Part shown: piece after piece, positions 48,258-58,049 of the stretch
Layout of the letters: the number at the start of each line of letters is the position of its first letter
Numbering within the stretch: the first letter of the stretch is position 1
Assembly: GCA_037443185.1 (NCBI GenBank)
Contig: JBBIOV010000004.1
Span: 1-60,779, forward strand
Reading direction: 5' to 3'
Length of the DNA stretch: 60,779 nt
DNA from: a bacterium
GTDB lineage: Bacteria; Patescibacteriota; Minisyncoccia; 2-01-FULL-47-10; JBBIMT01
Program-made: the position numbers and the translations under genes
Notes under the pieces: model-generated
Seen by the model: only the letters and a program-made list of their open reading frames with translations
Databases searched by the model: none
Told to the model about the DNA's origin: nothing

Positions 48258-49394
48258 TTATTGTTTAGGTTTACAAAAACCATATCTACCAAAGTCTGTT
48301 TCAAATATTTGACAAGCAAAATTCTCTTTGCAATCTTTATCTTCCTCACATGGACCATTTTCATCTTGTGGTGGAGTACATTTATAGGCATTTTTCCCCA
48401 TAAATGTTAGCCATCTTGATGGAACGCCCATATTACATATTGTCGAAGAAGAACTTTGTGAACAAGTCGAGTCATCATTATCAATACATTCTCCAGTTTT
48501 AATAAATTTACCACTTTCAGGATCTGTTTTTCCTCTGGCTTCGACGCATTGATTGTTTTCGTCCATAATACAAAGTCCAGGAGCTGAACAAACATTTAAA
48601 TAGCAAGCCCTATATATTCCCCATCCACCACCAGGAGTGGTTAAGTTTGGTAAATTTTCTTGATTGTAATCAGCGCAAGTTTTTATTTTATCGCAAGTTA
48701 CTGTTTTGCATTTATCTTCAAGAAAAAGACCTTCATCCCATTTATTACTTTGATCCCAAAAACATAAACTATTTTTTGGCTCTTTGCCTTTACCAAAACC
48801 TCGTCCTTTAATTACCTGACAATAATCAAATTCACAAAATTTTTTTTTATCATTGACAGGCAAACGATTATAGGCGTCACAGGAATCAACTTGGCCGCCA
48901 GCAAAATAACAAGCTTTTGGGATATCTGGTAACACTTCGGCAATTGGCGTTAACTTTAAATTTAATAAGTCAGGGTTTATGGTATTTAAAATTAGATATG
49001 TGCCAAGCAGTAAAAATACACCATACAAATTATTTTCAATCCTTTTTTGAGCTTCTTTGGCAAGTTCGGAATTTACGCCTGATAAAAACCATTGGATGCC
49101 AGCATATATTAAATTTGCAAGAACAATTATACCTAAAACCCAAATACTAAATACAAAGACATAACGAATATATTCAGGTGGAGTAGTTTTAGCTGTAATT
49201 GTGCCATAGCCAGGAACTGTTGGATATTGAACTTCTGGTTTTTTCAATAATTCTTCTGACGAAACATTAGAGCTTGTTTGTTCGGGCGAGTCAGTTGGGT
49301 CTTGCGCAAAAGCAAAATTGGCACAGATTAAAAGAAAGCCAATGATGAATACGAATAATTTTAAAAAATTTAGTAATTTTTTTACGCTTGGCAT
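48258..49394 (-). CDS. VirB2/TrbC-like pilin with a Cys-rich C-terminal domain
   Basis: Signal peptide (AFAQ). Hairpin '...IYAGIQW..SG......EAQKRI.N.LYG..LLLG.YLILNTINPDL' typical of CPR pilins. About 20 Cys follow. Confidence 0.7.
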   Translation of the reverse strand: MPSVKKLLNFLKLFVFIIGFLLICANFAFAQDPTDSPEQTSSNVSSEELLKKPEVQYPTVPGYGTITAKTTPPEYIRYVFVFSIWVLGIIVLANLIYAGIQWFLSGVNSELAKEAQKRIENNLYGVFLLLGTYLILNTINPDLLNLKLTPIAEVLPDIPKACYFAGGQVDSCDAYNRLPVNDKKKFCEFDYCQVIKGRGFGKGKEPKNSLCFWDQSNKWDEGLFLEDKCKTVTCDKIKTCADYNQENLPNLTTPGGGWGIYRACYLNVCSAPGLCIMDENNQCVEARGKTDPESGKFIKTGECIDNDDSTCSQSSSSTICNMGVPSRWLTFMGKNAYKCTPPQDENGPCEEDKDCKENFACQIFETDFGRYGFCKPKQ

Positions 49395-49647
49395 TATAAA
49401 TTTTGCAAAAACGGACTTTATTAAAAAGGCCCGGTCTCATCAATCTTAAAATACATATTAAATGTTCAAATCAAAATGTTAAAAATAAAAAAATTGTGAA
49501 ATTTTTATACAATTTAAATTTTTAAATTGTTAATCTGCAATTTTGGCAATTTATAATTTTAATTCTTTATGTCATTTAAGCATCTTTAACATTTTTAATG
49601 ATTAAAACATTTTTTTATATTTTAAAGTTTATTCATTTTTTCTCTAT

Positions 49648-51501
49648 CTATGCACCGGGTGTCTGTAAAATCCCTTCCTCTAACAGTTGTTTTTTTGCAG
49701 CTTGAATTTTTAAAATCTGTTCTGGATCTGAAGTGATAATTTGATCTTCTGAGTAGGAGGCAACCACTTGAATTGCTGCACGTTTTAGCCCAGCGAAAAA
49801 TATTCCTTCACCGACCTTTGATTGTACTAAAATATGTTTTTCTTCATCGGTTAAATTAAAAACTTTTTGAGTTAAATCAACTGTAGACGGAGATTGTTTA
49901 AATAAAATTTGTAAAGAAGAATTAGTAATTATTGGTTCGCCAAAGCGAGATTTTAAAAAATCGTTTATATCCTGAGTAATGGTTGACAATCCTAAATAAT
50001 ATTTACGACATCTTTTGGCTAAAGCAAATAAAAATGAAGCAGAGTCTTCGTGAGAGAGCATCCACCAAGCTTCATCTATAAATAGCAATCTTTTTTTTAA
50101 GTTAGCTCGAATTTTTTTCCAAATGTAGTTTACAATAATATACATAGCCACAGGCCTTAGGTCGTCTTCCATATCACGAATATTAAAAACAACCAAGCCT
50201 TTATTTATATCAACATTGGATTGGTTGCTGAAAAATCCAGCAAACCGACCAGTAATATATTTTTCTAATTTTATAGCCAAATCTTTGCCACCAGCTAAAT
50301 CTTCTAAAACATTTTTTAAATCCACTAAAGTGGGAGGAGTTTTATTGGAAAAGTCAACCCCTGGTTTTATATCTCGCGAAGCGTAAGTCTCTTGTATTGC
50401 TTTATCCATTAAAGAATCTTCTTCTGGCGTAAAGCCGCCAAGCATAATTCTTGTAATTGCGACAAGATCGATAATATTTTCTTTTAAAATGTTTGCTGGA
50501 TCTTCATCAGGGCGAATTGGCGGCAAATCAAAAGGATTTAAATGATGCGGGCTTGTTAGAGAAATTTTTAAATAAGTGCCTCCCACAGTTTCACAAAGAT
50601 ATTGATATTCATTCTCAGGATCAATTATGATGATATCAACCCCCAACATCAAATATCTCATTATTTCCAGCTTTGCGGCATAACTTTTTCCACCGCCTGA
50701 TTTGCCTATAATAATAGTATTTGCGTTTTCAAGTGAAAATCGATCAAATAAAATAAGACTATTATTATGGCGGTTAATGCCGTATAAGATGCCTTTGTTG
50801 GAACTAACATCAGCAGAGACAAAAGGAAAAGTTGTTGAAAGGGGGCTGGTATTCATTGAGGTAGTAATGTTTATTTTATCCATTACAAGAGGTAAAGTTG
50901 TTGTGAAACCTTCTTCTTGTCGAAAAGTACAAATCTTAGCATAGACAAGACGGTTTTCCAAAAATGCGATTATCTCTTTTTCAAGTTCAGTAACTTCTTC
51001 TGGGCTATTGCCATAAATTGTAAAATAAAGCCCGACTTTAAAGAATCTTTCATGACCTTGTTGCAAAGCGATCCGCAGCGCCTCAATATCTTCTCGCGCA
51101 GTATCTAATTTTGGGTCACGAACATACCCTTTTTCTGCTCTCAGTTCAATCTCTGCTTGAATTTTAGCTAGTCTTGAAGTTAAATTTTTTAAAACTATCC
51201 CAGAATCCACTGGTCTAATAAAAATTGCTACATCATGCATTCTATTTAAGTTAATAATTGGCGAAAGCCAAGCAGTTCGCAAAAATCTTGGGTAGGTAAA
51301 AACAAACATTGTGCGGCAAAATTTTCTGCCTATTTGAATATAATTTGACTCAATTTTTACAGCCGGGGGCGCAATAAACTCTTGCAGTTGCTTGATCCCT
51401 TCTTCTTCAAGAGAAAATTGGGCTAATGGAGATTGAGGCGCAATATTTTTTTTATTGAATTTTACTTTAAGAGAATCAAGTAGTTTCATTTTTATTTGCA
51501 T
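49648..51501 (-). CDS. VirB4/TraC-like (DUF87/HerA-FtsK superfamily) ATPase
   Basis: Walker A GKSGGGKS, IIIDPENEY, Walker B FIDEAW, RKY..GL.TITQD..DF, G.G.FF. Confidence 0.9.
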   Translation of the reverse strand: MQIKMKLLDSLKVKFNKKNIAPQSPLAQFSLEEEGIKQLQEFIAPPAVKIESNYIQIGRKFCRTMFVFTYPRFLRTAWLSPIINLNRMHDVAIFIRPVDSGIVLKNLTSRLAKIQAEIELRAEKGYVRDPKLDTAREDIEALRIALQQGHERFFKVGLYFTIYGNSPEEVTELEKEIIAFLENRLVYAKICTFRQEEGFTTTLPLVMDKINITTSMNTSPLSTTFPFVSADVSSNKGILYGINRHNNSLILFDRFSLENANTIIIGKSGGGKSYAAKLEIMRYLMLGVDIIIIDPENEYQYLCETVGGTYLKISLTSPHHLNPFDLPPIRPDEDPANILKENIIDLVAITRIMLGGFTPEEDSLMDKAIQETYASRDIKPGVDFSNKTPPTLVDLKNVLEDLAGGKDLAIKLEKYITGRFAGFFSNQSNVDINKGLVVFNIRDMEDDLRPVAMYIIVNYIWKKIRANLKKRLLFIDEAWWMLSHEDSASFLFALAKRCRKYYLGLSTITQDINDFLKSRFGEPIITNSSLQILFKQSPSTVDLTQKVFNLTDEEKHILVQSKVGEGIFFAGLKRAAIQVVASYSEDQIITSDPEQILKIQAAKKQLLEEGILQTPGA

Positions 51502-51616
51502 TTACGCAATTTGGCAATTTTAAAATAAAAAACAAAATAAGAACAAAAAATATTTATTTTTTATAAATTAATTAAACAAATTAATTAAACTATATTGATT
51601 ACTATAATAGTAATTA

Positions 51617-52267
51617 TTATTCTGATTGTTGTCCTTTTTCATATACACTTAAATTAGTTTCTTTCATTTTATCATCAGGATTATACAAATTATAAAAAAG
51701 TTCAATTAATTCTTTGGTATTGAGAAATTCAGCTTTTATCATCATTGATTCAAGCCCAATTTTTAAATGCTTTAATCTTAACCACAGTTGATTCTTATGT
51801 TCTTCAAATTCAGCTTGAGTGTAAATTGGCTTGTATCTTCCGGCGCCAAAAAGAGAAAAGCTTTTTTTAATATTAACAGGCTCAAAAGGAACTACAACAT
51901 AAAAATATTTTGAAATGATATTTGAAAATTGAATTAAACTTTTTACAAATTCTATGTAGCTCTGAGTTTGTATTTTTAAAAGTTCATTTTCTTGTTTAGC
52001 GGAAAGCTCAGCCAAGTCCATTAAATATTTATCCAAATTAATCTGGCGAGAGTTCACGACAATTTGAATTGGAAAATCCACTGAGTTTAAAAAACTTTGA
52101 AAACGATAAATTAAAGCATCCTGTTCAGGCGCAGAAAGTAAAGCAAAATTAACAGAAGAGCACATTAAAATAGCCCTAAGTCCACCGTTTTTTAAAATAA
52201 CAACCCCATCTTTAATCTCAGATATTTGAACGAAATTTTGGGTTGAAGGACGAGAACCAAAAAACAT
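51617..52267 (-). CDS. VirB4-associated protein (TraC N-domain-like)
   Basis: STQ.F..I.EIKDG.V.LKNG, S.NF.L.S..EQ.A....F..FLNS.DFPIQI. Lies between the PrgI-like and VirB4-like genes. Confidence 0.7.
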   Translation of the reverse strand: MFFGSRPSTQNFVQISEIKDGVVILKNGGLRAILMCSSVNFALLSAPEQDALIYRFQSFLNSVDFPIQIVVNSRQINLDKYLMDLAELSAKQENELLKIQTQSYIEFVKSLIQFSNIISKYFYVVVPFEPVNIKKSFSLFGAGRYKPIYTQAEFEEHKNQLWLRLKHLKIGLESMMIKAEFLNTKELIELFYNLYNPDDKMKETNLSVYEKGQQSE

Positions 52268-52347
52268 AATAGCAAATTTGTGATTATATCAATAGTTTAT
52301 TTTGTTTGATAGCTAAAGTGAAAATTTATAATAAAATTATTTTTTCA

Positions 52348-52800
52348 TTATGAATAAAGCTTTTTTGAATTGAGATTTTTGGCTATTTCGGATATTTTTT
52401 TGTCAATCTCAACTGATGATAAAATTTTTGGGATATTAGGTTTTTCATCTTGTTGTTTATGTTTTTTTATAATTTGAATCTCAGATAAATCAATAATCTG
52501 ATCTTTAAAAATTACATCTTCATATTCTCGTTTCCAGATATAAATTTGGGATTTCCCCATAAATGCAAAAACAGATGTTAAAAAATCAAAGAAATTCCTG
52601 CCATTTACTTTAACAAAACTAAAAGCAATAGCAACTGAAGCAATGGGAGTAGCTAAAATAAAAAAAGCTGCAGGTTTAAGTAGTAGGTACATTATTCCTA
52701 AAAATCCAAAAACCAATAAAAAACCTATCACTTGTTTAAACTCAAGTCCGAAAATAATTTTGCTTTCTATTTCTATAAATTGAGGCATTTGGTACTCCAT
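52348..52800 (-). CDS. PrgI/VirB3-like protein
   Basis: MEYQMPQFIEIESKIIFGL, two TMs, F.KVNGR.F..F, YIWK. Confidence 0.8.
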   Translation of the reverse strand: MEYQMPQFIEIESKIIFGLEFKQVIGFLLVFGFLGIMYLLLKPAAFFILATPIASVAIAFSFVKVNGRNFFDFLTSVFAFMGKSQIYIWKREYEDVIFKDQIIDLSEIQIIKKHKQQDEKPNIPKILSSVEIDKKISEIAKNLNSKKLYS

Positions 52801-52921
52801 ATACTTATGATTATATCATAGAAATGTCCAATGTCTAAATTTAATTGTCAAATATCAATTAAACTTCGTTTGAAATTTTAAATCATTTGTTACTAAAGAT
52901 TATTTAGCATCAAGAAATAAA

Positions 52922-53338
52922 TTATTTGATTTGATCTTGGCGCAAATCAACGATATTGCCTTTTAGGCGTGGTATTGGTTTTTCTGGAGCTGGTTTATTT
53001 TCTGGTGCAAGAGTTTTGGCTAGAGCTTTTAAAGGCAAAGGAGCAAAATAATCTTTATATTTATTTATAATATTTTCGTATAAAAGCTGCGAAATTTTAA
53101 ATGCTTTTGCTTGGTTTATTTGTAATTCTTTTTGTAAATATTCTACCATTTTATTTAAAGCTACCTCTTTTAAAAAAATTGTAGAAACGGCATAACTTAA
53201 CCAATATCTTTGCAATTGATTTAAAGAAGTTTGTTGAGCGATATTATCTAAAAATAAATGATATTCTTCGCTTAGGAGAAGATTTTGAATATTTTCTGGT
53301 AAATTTTGGAATTTTTGGATTCTTTGTAGGTTTGCCAT
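52922..53338 (-). CDS. Hypothetical protein in the T4SS-like cluster
   Basis: 138-aa helical ORF, co-oriented within the cluster. Confidence 0.65.
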   Translation of the reverse strand: MANLQRIQKFQNLPENIQNLLLSEEYHLFLDNIAQQTSLNQLQRYWLSYAVSTIFLKEVALNKMVEYLQKELQINQAKAFKISQLLYENIINKYKDYFAPLPLKALAKTLAPENKPAPEKPIPRLKGNIVDLRQDQIK

Positions 53339-53364
53339 CGAAATAGCTGAAAAATTTTAAATAG

Positions 53365-55359
53365 CTATTTTATTTCTTTTTTTTCTGGTTCTTTATATTC
53401 TTTTTCTTTTGGTGGGCGTTCAGCGCCCCATTTCTCGACATTGGAAATTATTTTTTTCTGGGACTCATTTATTTTCTTTAATGTTTCAGTCTTTAATTTT
53501 AAAGCGTCGGCATATTCTTGGAATTTGCGAGGTGTTCTTTCAAAGACCTTTTCTAAATTCCTTATACCTTTGGCAACATTTTCAATTCTTTCGGCGTCTT
53601 GTTTTTTTATGATATTTTCTATTCCTGTTTTTCCGAGCGCCGCTACAACCTCCGGTTTTAAAAGATCATTTTTATCAATCAAGTGACTTAAATGTCTATT
53701 TGCTGAAATGTGTTCTATTCTTTCTTTTTCTGTTGTAAAAACAACTGAAGGAGCGGCAATTCCGATTTTTGCCGAGAAGTCCTTGCTAATATTTTTTGCT
53801 CCCTGATAGAGATTTCTTAATTCTTGTGGAGTTAAATTCAATTTTGCTAAATCTCCTGATACGGCAAGATTATTGGCGATAGCTATCTTTTGTTCATAAT
53901 CGCCAGAAGCATAAAAAGCAACTTGAGTTTCTGTTGACATTTTTTTATAATCATTCATCAATTTTTTTATTCTTTCTTCTGATGCGCTTAATTGTTTCTG
54001 ACTCCAAACAGCTGCTTCCTTCATTCCAGGGATAGCCATTAAATATTTATTTGAACTAACGCGTTTTAAAATAGCTTGGGGAATTTCTTTTGCCATTAAA
54101 GCGCCGCGAGCTGCTAAACCAGCACCGACTGCTATTGAAGTTAAGCCTTTTTTTGCTAAAGTAATTGTTGATATTTTGATTGCTTTTTTTAAGAAATTAT
54201 CTATTTTTCCTAAATATCTTTCTGCTGATCCAATAATCTGAGAGGCGCCCGTTGCGCTAATTTGTTGAGCAGCTATTTGAGCGATTTTTAAAAAAGCAAA
54301 AATAGTTAAAAATATTAAAAAAGGAGAAAATTGGCCTAAAAAAGCCATTGCTTGAAATGGAATAGCGGTTCCTGGAGGCAAAGGAGTGTTAAAATTTTTA
54401 AAAATAGCGCTTGAATTATCATTAATTATAAACGATAGACGAGCTGCCAAATATAAGAAAAAAGCCATAGTGACACCTATAAAAGACCAAGAAAATAACT
54501 GACTCCACCAATTTTTAAGCCAGCCAGAACCAAAAGGCATTATTCCCAAAACGAAAGCAATTGGAGCCAAAATCGTAATTATCCAAAGTGCGACGATTCG
54601 AATAATGAAAATAAGGGCAATAAGCAAAAATAGATGCGCTGCAAGAGCAAGAAAGATAATAGAGAAAATTTTTGTGCCATAAGAATAAATAGCATGTCCA
54701 ATAGGAATTCCAAAAAATGTTATCTGAGATAATCCCGATTTCTCCTTAAGGATAGTCCCAAACTCCGGATTATCCACAAGCAATTTATCAATATGCATAG
54801 CTTGGGCTATTGCAAGAGGAGTTTCAGGACTTAAACCTTGTCCTATAAAAAAATTCATTAAAATCTGACTCATATCAACTATCACCCCAGTAATAACTTG
54901 AGTAAAATTTACTAAAAGAGCAATTGTTATTAACAGCGCAAATCTCTTTTTAGCCCCATAATCGTCAATATTGAAAATTGACGAAAAAGCTATAATGACC
55001 ATCCATATTACAAATAGAATATTTGCCATTTCTCTTGTTATTGTCCAACCAACAGTAACTATTCCTTCTCGAGTTAGTGGCAGGTTATTAAATTGCGGAC
55101 TTAATACATAAGATAATAGTTGAGCGCTTAATGATAATACCCACGCTGCTAAAGAACGGACCGTATCTAATAATTTCTCTCCCATAAATGGCGCAAGCAA
55201 TGTAATAATAGTTCCAATAACAACAGGAATTACCCAAGCGATTGCCTTGGCGGTTGCTGGTTTTACTAACAACCAAAAAACCAAAAAACTAACGACTACA
55301 AGGCGCCATTTTCTTATCAAACAAGTCCATTTTTCCAATAAATTTGAAATCTTTTGCAT
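53365..55359 (-). CDS. VirB6/TrbL-like polytopic membrane protein
   Basis: W..TR..AN..F, LLVNFT..I.G..VD.S, IRIVALW...ILAP.AF, W...WW..L..W.F, then a charged C-terminal tail. Confidence 0.75.
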   Translation of the reverse strand: MQKISNLLEKWTCLIRKWRLVVVSFLVFWLLVKPATAKAIAWVIPVVIGTIITLLAPFMGEKLLDTVRSLAAWVLSLSAQLLSYVLSPQFNNLPLTREGIVTVGWTITREMANILFVIWMVIIAFSSIFNIDDYGAKKRFALLITIALLVNFTQVITGVIVDMSQILMNFFIGQGLSPETPLAIAQAMHIDKLLVDNPEFGTILKEKSGLSQITFFGIPIGHAIYSYGTKIFSIIFLALAAHLFLLIALIFIIRIVALWIITILAPIAFVLGIMPFGSGWLKNWWSQLFSWSFIGVTMAFFLYLAARLSFIINDNSSAIFKNFNTPLPPGTAIPFQAMAFLGQFSPFLIFLTIFAFLKIAQIAAQQISATGASQIIGSAERYLGKIDNFLKKAIKISTITLAKKGLTSIAVGAGLAARGALMAKEIPQAILKRVSSNKYLMAIPGMKEAAVWSQKQLSASEERIKKLMNDYKKMSTETQVAFYASGDYEQKIAIANNLAVSGDLAKLNLTPQELRNLYQGAKNISKDFSAKIGIAAPSVVFTTEKERIEHISANRHLSHLIDKNDLLKPEVVAALGKTGIENIIKKQDAERIENVAKGIRNLEKVFERTPRKFQEYADALKLKTETLKKINESQKKIISNVEKWGAERPPKEKEYKEPEKKEIK

Positions 55360-55370
55360 TTAAAAAACTT

Positions 55371-57125
55371 TTATCTATCAGGAGTGAAAAATGCTTTTTC
55401 TGGATTTCCAAACCAATACTTAACTATTATTCCGAAATTATAATTATGAAGTTGAAGGATATCTTTATACCATTGACTAAAATAATTTCCATCAATCCAG
55501 GTCGGATTATCTTTATTTTTGTAGCTTTCGTCTAATTTAATGCCAGTGTCTTCAAAGGGCGCAAGAAGCGATCCCATACTAGATTCAAGACCAGGACCAA
55601 AAGTTTCAACTTGAGTTGGCGGATTTTGTACGCGATTGTTATTATTGCTTTCAAAATTTACCGAGACCCATCTTTTATCTGAGCCAAGTCTTCCGGCAAC
55701 AAAGCCAGGCTCGTTAGTGATGTCCCTTTCAATATAAGCTATATTTTCCTGGCTGGGTCTAACTTTAAAGGCGTTGCGAGCCATATCAAATTCAGCTTGA
55801 GTTGCGGCGGCTATTTTATTTAAAAGTATTACAGCAGGGGAAATAACATATTCGGTATCATAATAAAACCAGTCACCAGTGGGAGTATATTTGGGGGCAT
55901 CATTTGAATTTTCATTTTCTGCGCTTAATCCTTCTTTTTCAATAGCCGAAAGTAATCGGTTATAGGTTTCTTGATCATAAGCTCTGTATCCGATTAAATA
56001 TTTTTCCGGGCGAATGCCTTGTCCAGCTATATACTGGGCAATTCGTAATTTTTCATATTGATTAATTATATTTTTAATATTTTCATCAATTTTGTCTCTG
56101 ACGCTTACAAAAGTACTGTTTGGATCTTGAACTGCGGTTAAGAGCATACCCCAGGTCCAGTTCATACCTAAGGGCTCCTTGAGTTTTGGTTCATTATCAA
56201 AGGCTTTATACTGACAGGCGCCGGTTTTTGCAAGAAAAACATTTGGGTCATTAGGATTGATATCTTCGACAGCAGTTGAGCCATAACCAACGATTTTTGG
56301 ACAGCCCAACAATGCCATTATTTTTTCGCAACGAGCTGGAGTATACCATCTTTCTGGAGGCGCAACATCTATATAGTTCATCTTGCGCGCAATTTCAAAT
56401 AAAAAATATTGTTTTAAAGCGTCTCGTTTTTGATCTGCTAGTTGTCTATCTTCTGAAAAAGGAAAATGTCGCCACGGCGCAAGGTAGCACATAACAAAAT
56501 CTCTTGCTTTTTGGGCCGGTTCTTCAAATAAAAAATTGTCTGGATTGGTAATGATTCTGCCTTCTAATTTTATTTGTACACATTCTCCTTCCTGAGTTAA
56601 AACACCATGAATACAAAAGGGATCCTGATCAGTTCCAGCGGCTAAAGGATTATCTTTATCAAAAGGAGCGGTTATAATAGTGAGACCTCTACTTTTCATA
56701 TAATTTTTTATCTCATCGTACCAAGTGCATACCTTTGCGCGATTTCTTTTATCTTCGTCACCTTCAAAGCCTGGAGTAAATGGAGTTTGCTCGCAATACT
56801 TGTTTATCTCGTGAAACTCTAAAAGAACCGGTTCAGATCTAAGCTCGGTAAAAGCTTCAAACATCAATTTGTTTACATCTTCCCGAGCTTTTTCTATTTG
56901 GGCTAACTTAAAAGACATTTGGAAATCTTCATTGCGCTCCTGTATTGCTTGCATTAAATTAAACAAAAACACTTCCAGTGATTTTTCATAATCTGTATTA
57001 TTATCAAAGCCAACAGTCCAAACAGGAACAGCCGCATTTGCCGACAAGCTGAAAAATACAACACTAATCAGTCCTACAACTAAAACAGCTATGCAATTTC
57101 GTTTTGTTTGAAAATTAAGAATCAT
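55371..57125 (-). CDS. Secreted hypothetical protein of the T4SS-like cluster
   Basis: Signal peptide (SANAA), several Cys residues, co-oriented within the cluster. Confidence 0.7.
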   Translation of the reverse strand: MILNFQTKRNCIAVLVVGLISVVFFSLSANAAVPVWTVGFDNNTDYEKSLEVFLFNLMQAIQERNEDFQMSFKLAQIEKAREDVNKLMFEAFTELRSEPVLLEFHEINKYCEQTPFTPGFEGDEDKRNRAKVCTWYDEIKNYMKSRGLTIITAPFDKDNPLAAGTDQDPFCIHGVLTQEGECVQIKLEGRIITNPDNFLFEEPAQKARDFVMCYLAPWRHFPFSEDRQLADQKRDALKQYFLFEIARKMNYIDVAPPERWYTPARCEKIMALLGCPKIVGYGSTAVEDINPNDPNVFLAKTGACQYKAFDNEPKLKEPLGMNWTWGMLLTAVQDPNSTFVSVRDKIDENIKNIINQYEKLRIAQYIAGQGIRPEKYLIGYRAYDQETYNRLLSAIEKEGLSAENENSNDAPKYTPTGDWFYYDTEYVISPAVILLNKIAAATQAEFDMARNAFKVRPSQENIAYIERDITNEPGFVAGRLGSDKRWVSVNFESNNNNRVQNPPTQVETFGPGLESSMGSLLAPFEDTGIKLDESYKNKDNPTWIDGNYFSQWYKDILQLHNYNFGIIVKYWFGNPEKAFFTPDR

Positions 57126-57211
57126 ATGTCATGAATAAATTAATTATGAATTATGATGAATTATTCAAACCATTATCTTTATTCTCAATTTATCATTCTG
57201 CCAAAAACTAT

Positions 57212-57970
57212 TTATGGTTTTTGGTCTGGTATTTTATCTTTGGGTAAAACTTCTGTAGGGATTGATAAATTATATTTTTTAACTATTTCTCTTAAATTTG
57301 TTAAAAGTTCACGAGCTGTATTGCGAGCTGTATTCATTTCTTGGGAATTTAAAACTTCTAAAATTTTTTCCCGATTACCTGAAAATTGTGCAATTTTTTC
57401 AAGTTGTGATACATAATTTTTAATCGAGATTAAAGATTTTTCATGAAATTCTTTAAGTTCGTCCGGGGGAGTTAACGTTTCAAGTTTAGGAATTTTTTCT
57501 TTGAACAATTTTATCAAATTATTCATTTTAGAAGGATTACCGTCGCGCGCTTCAAAAAGAGCTAGTGAAACATCGGTATTGTCTGGAAAATTTAAATTAG
57601 CGCTGTCTATTAAATATTTTTCCATTGCTGATTTTGAAAATTGGTTGATTTTTTCAATTTTCAAATCTAAAGAATTAACTGGAAGCGTGCTAAAAGCAGA
57701 TAAGGAGGATAAAGATAAGGAAGATTGAGATGATAATGATTTTTGTTCTGACGCAACTTCAGAAGTTTGAGAGAAAATGGAACTTAAAGAAGTCTTTAAG
57801 GTCTCCTGAGGATTTGCATTAACTGCCAATTCTTTATCAAGATTAAGTTTTTGAACTTTCTTTTTAATAGGAAAATTTTCCAATTGAATGACATCGGTTT
57901 TGTTTTTAATATTAGACCAGCCAAAGATTGCAATTATTAAAGCTATCAGTAATAACGAACTTTTTTTCAT
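57212..57970 (-). CDS. Secreted/anchored helical protein (paralog A)
   Basis: N-terminal hydrophobic segment and 'KLETLTPPDELKEFHEK'. Confidence 0.7.
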   Translation of the reverse strand: MKKSSLLLIALIIAIFGWSNIKNKTDVIQLENFPIKKKVQKLNLDKELAVNANPQETLKTSLSSIFSQTSEVASEQKSLSSQSSLSLSSLSAFSTLPVNSLDLKIEKINQFSKSAMEKYLIDSANLNFPDNTDVSLALFEARDGNPSKMNNLIKLFKEKIPKLETLTPPDELKEFHEKSLISIKNYVSQLEKIAQFSGNREKILEVLNSQEMNTARNTARELLTNLREIVKKYNLSIPTEVLPKDKIPDQKP

Positions 57971-58049
57971 AAAAGAGAATTTTTAAATTACTAATTAATT
58001 AAACTATTGGATTGATAGATTTTTCCAAATTTTCATAAACACTTTTATA

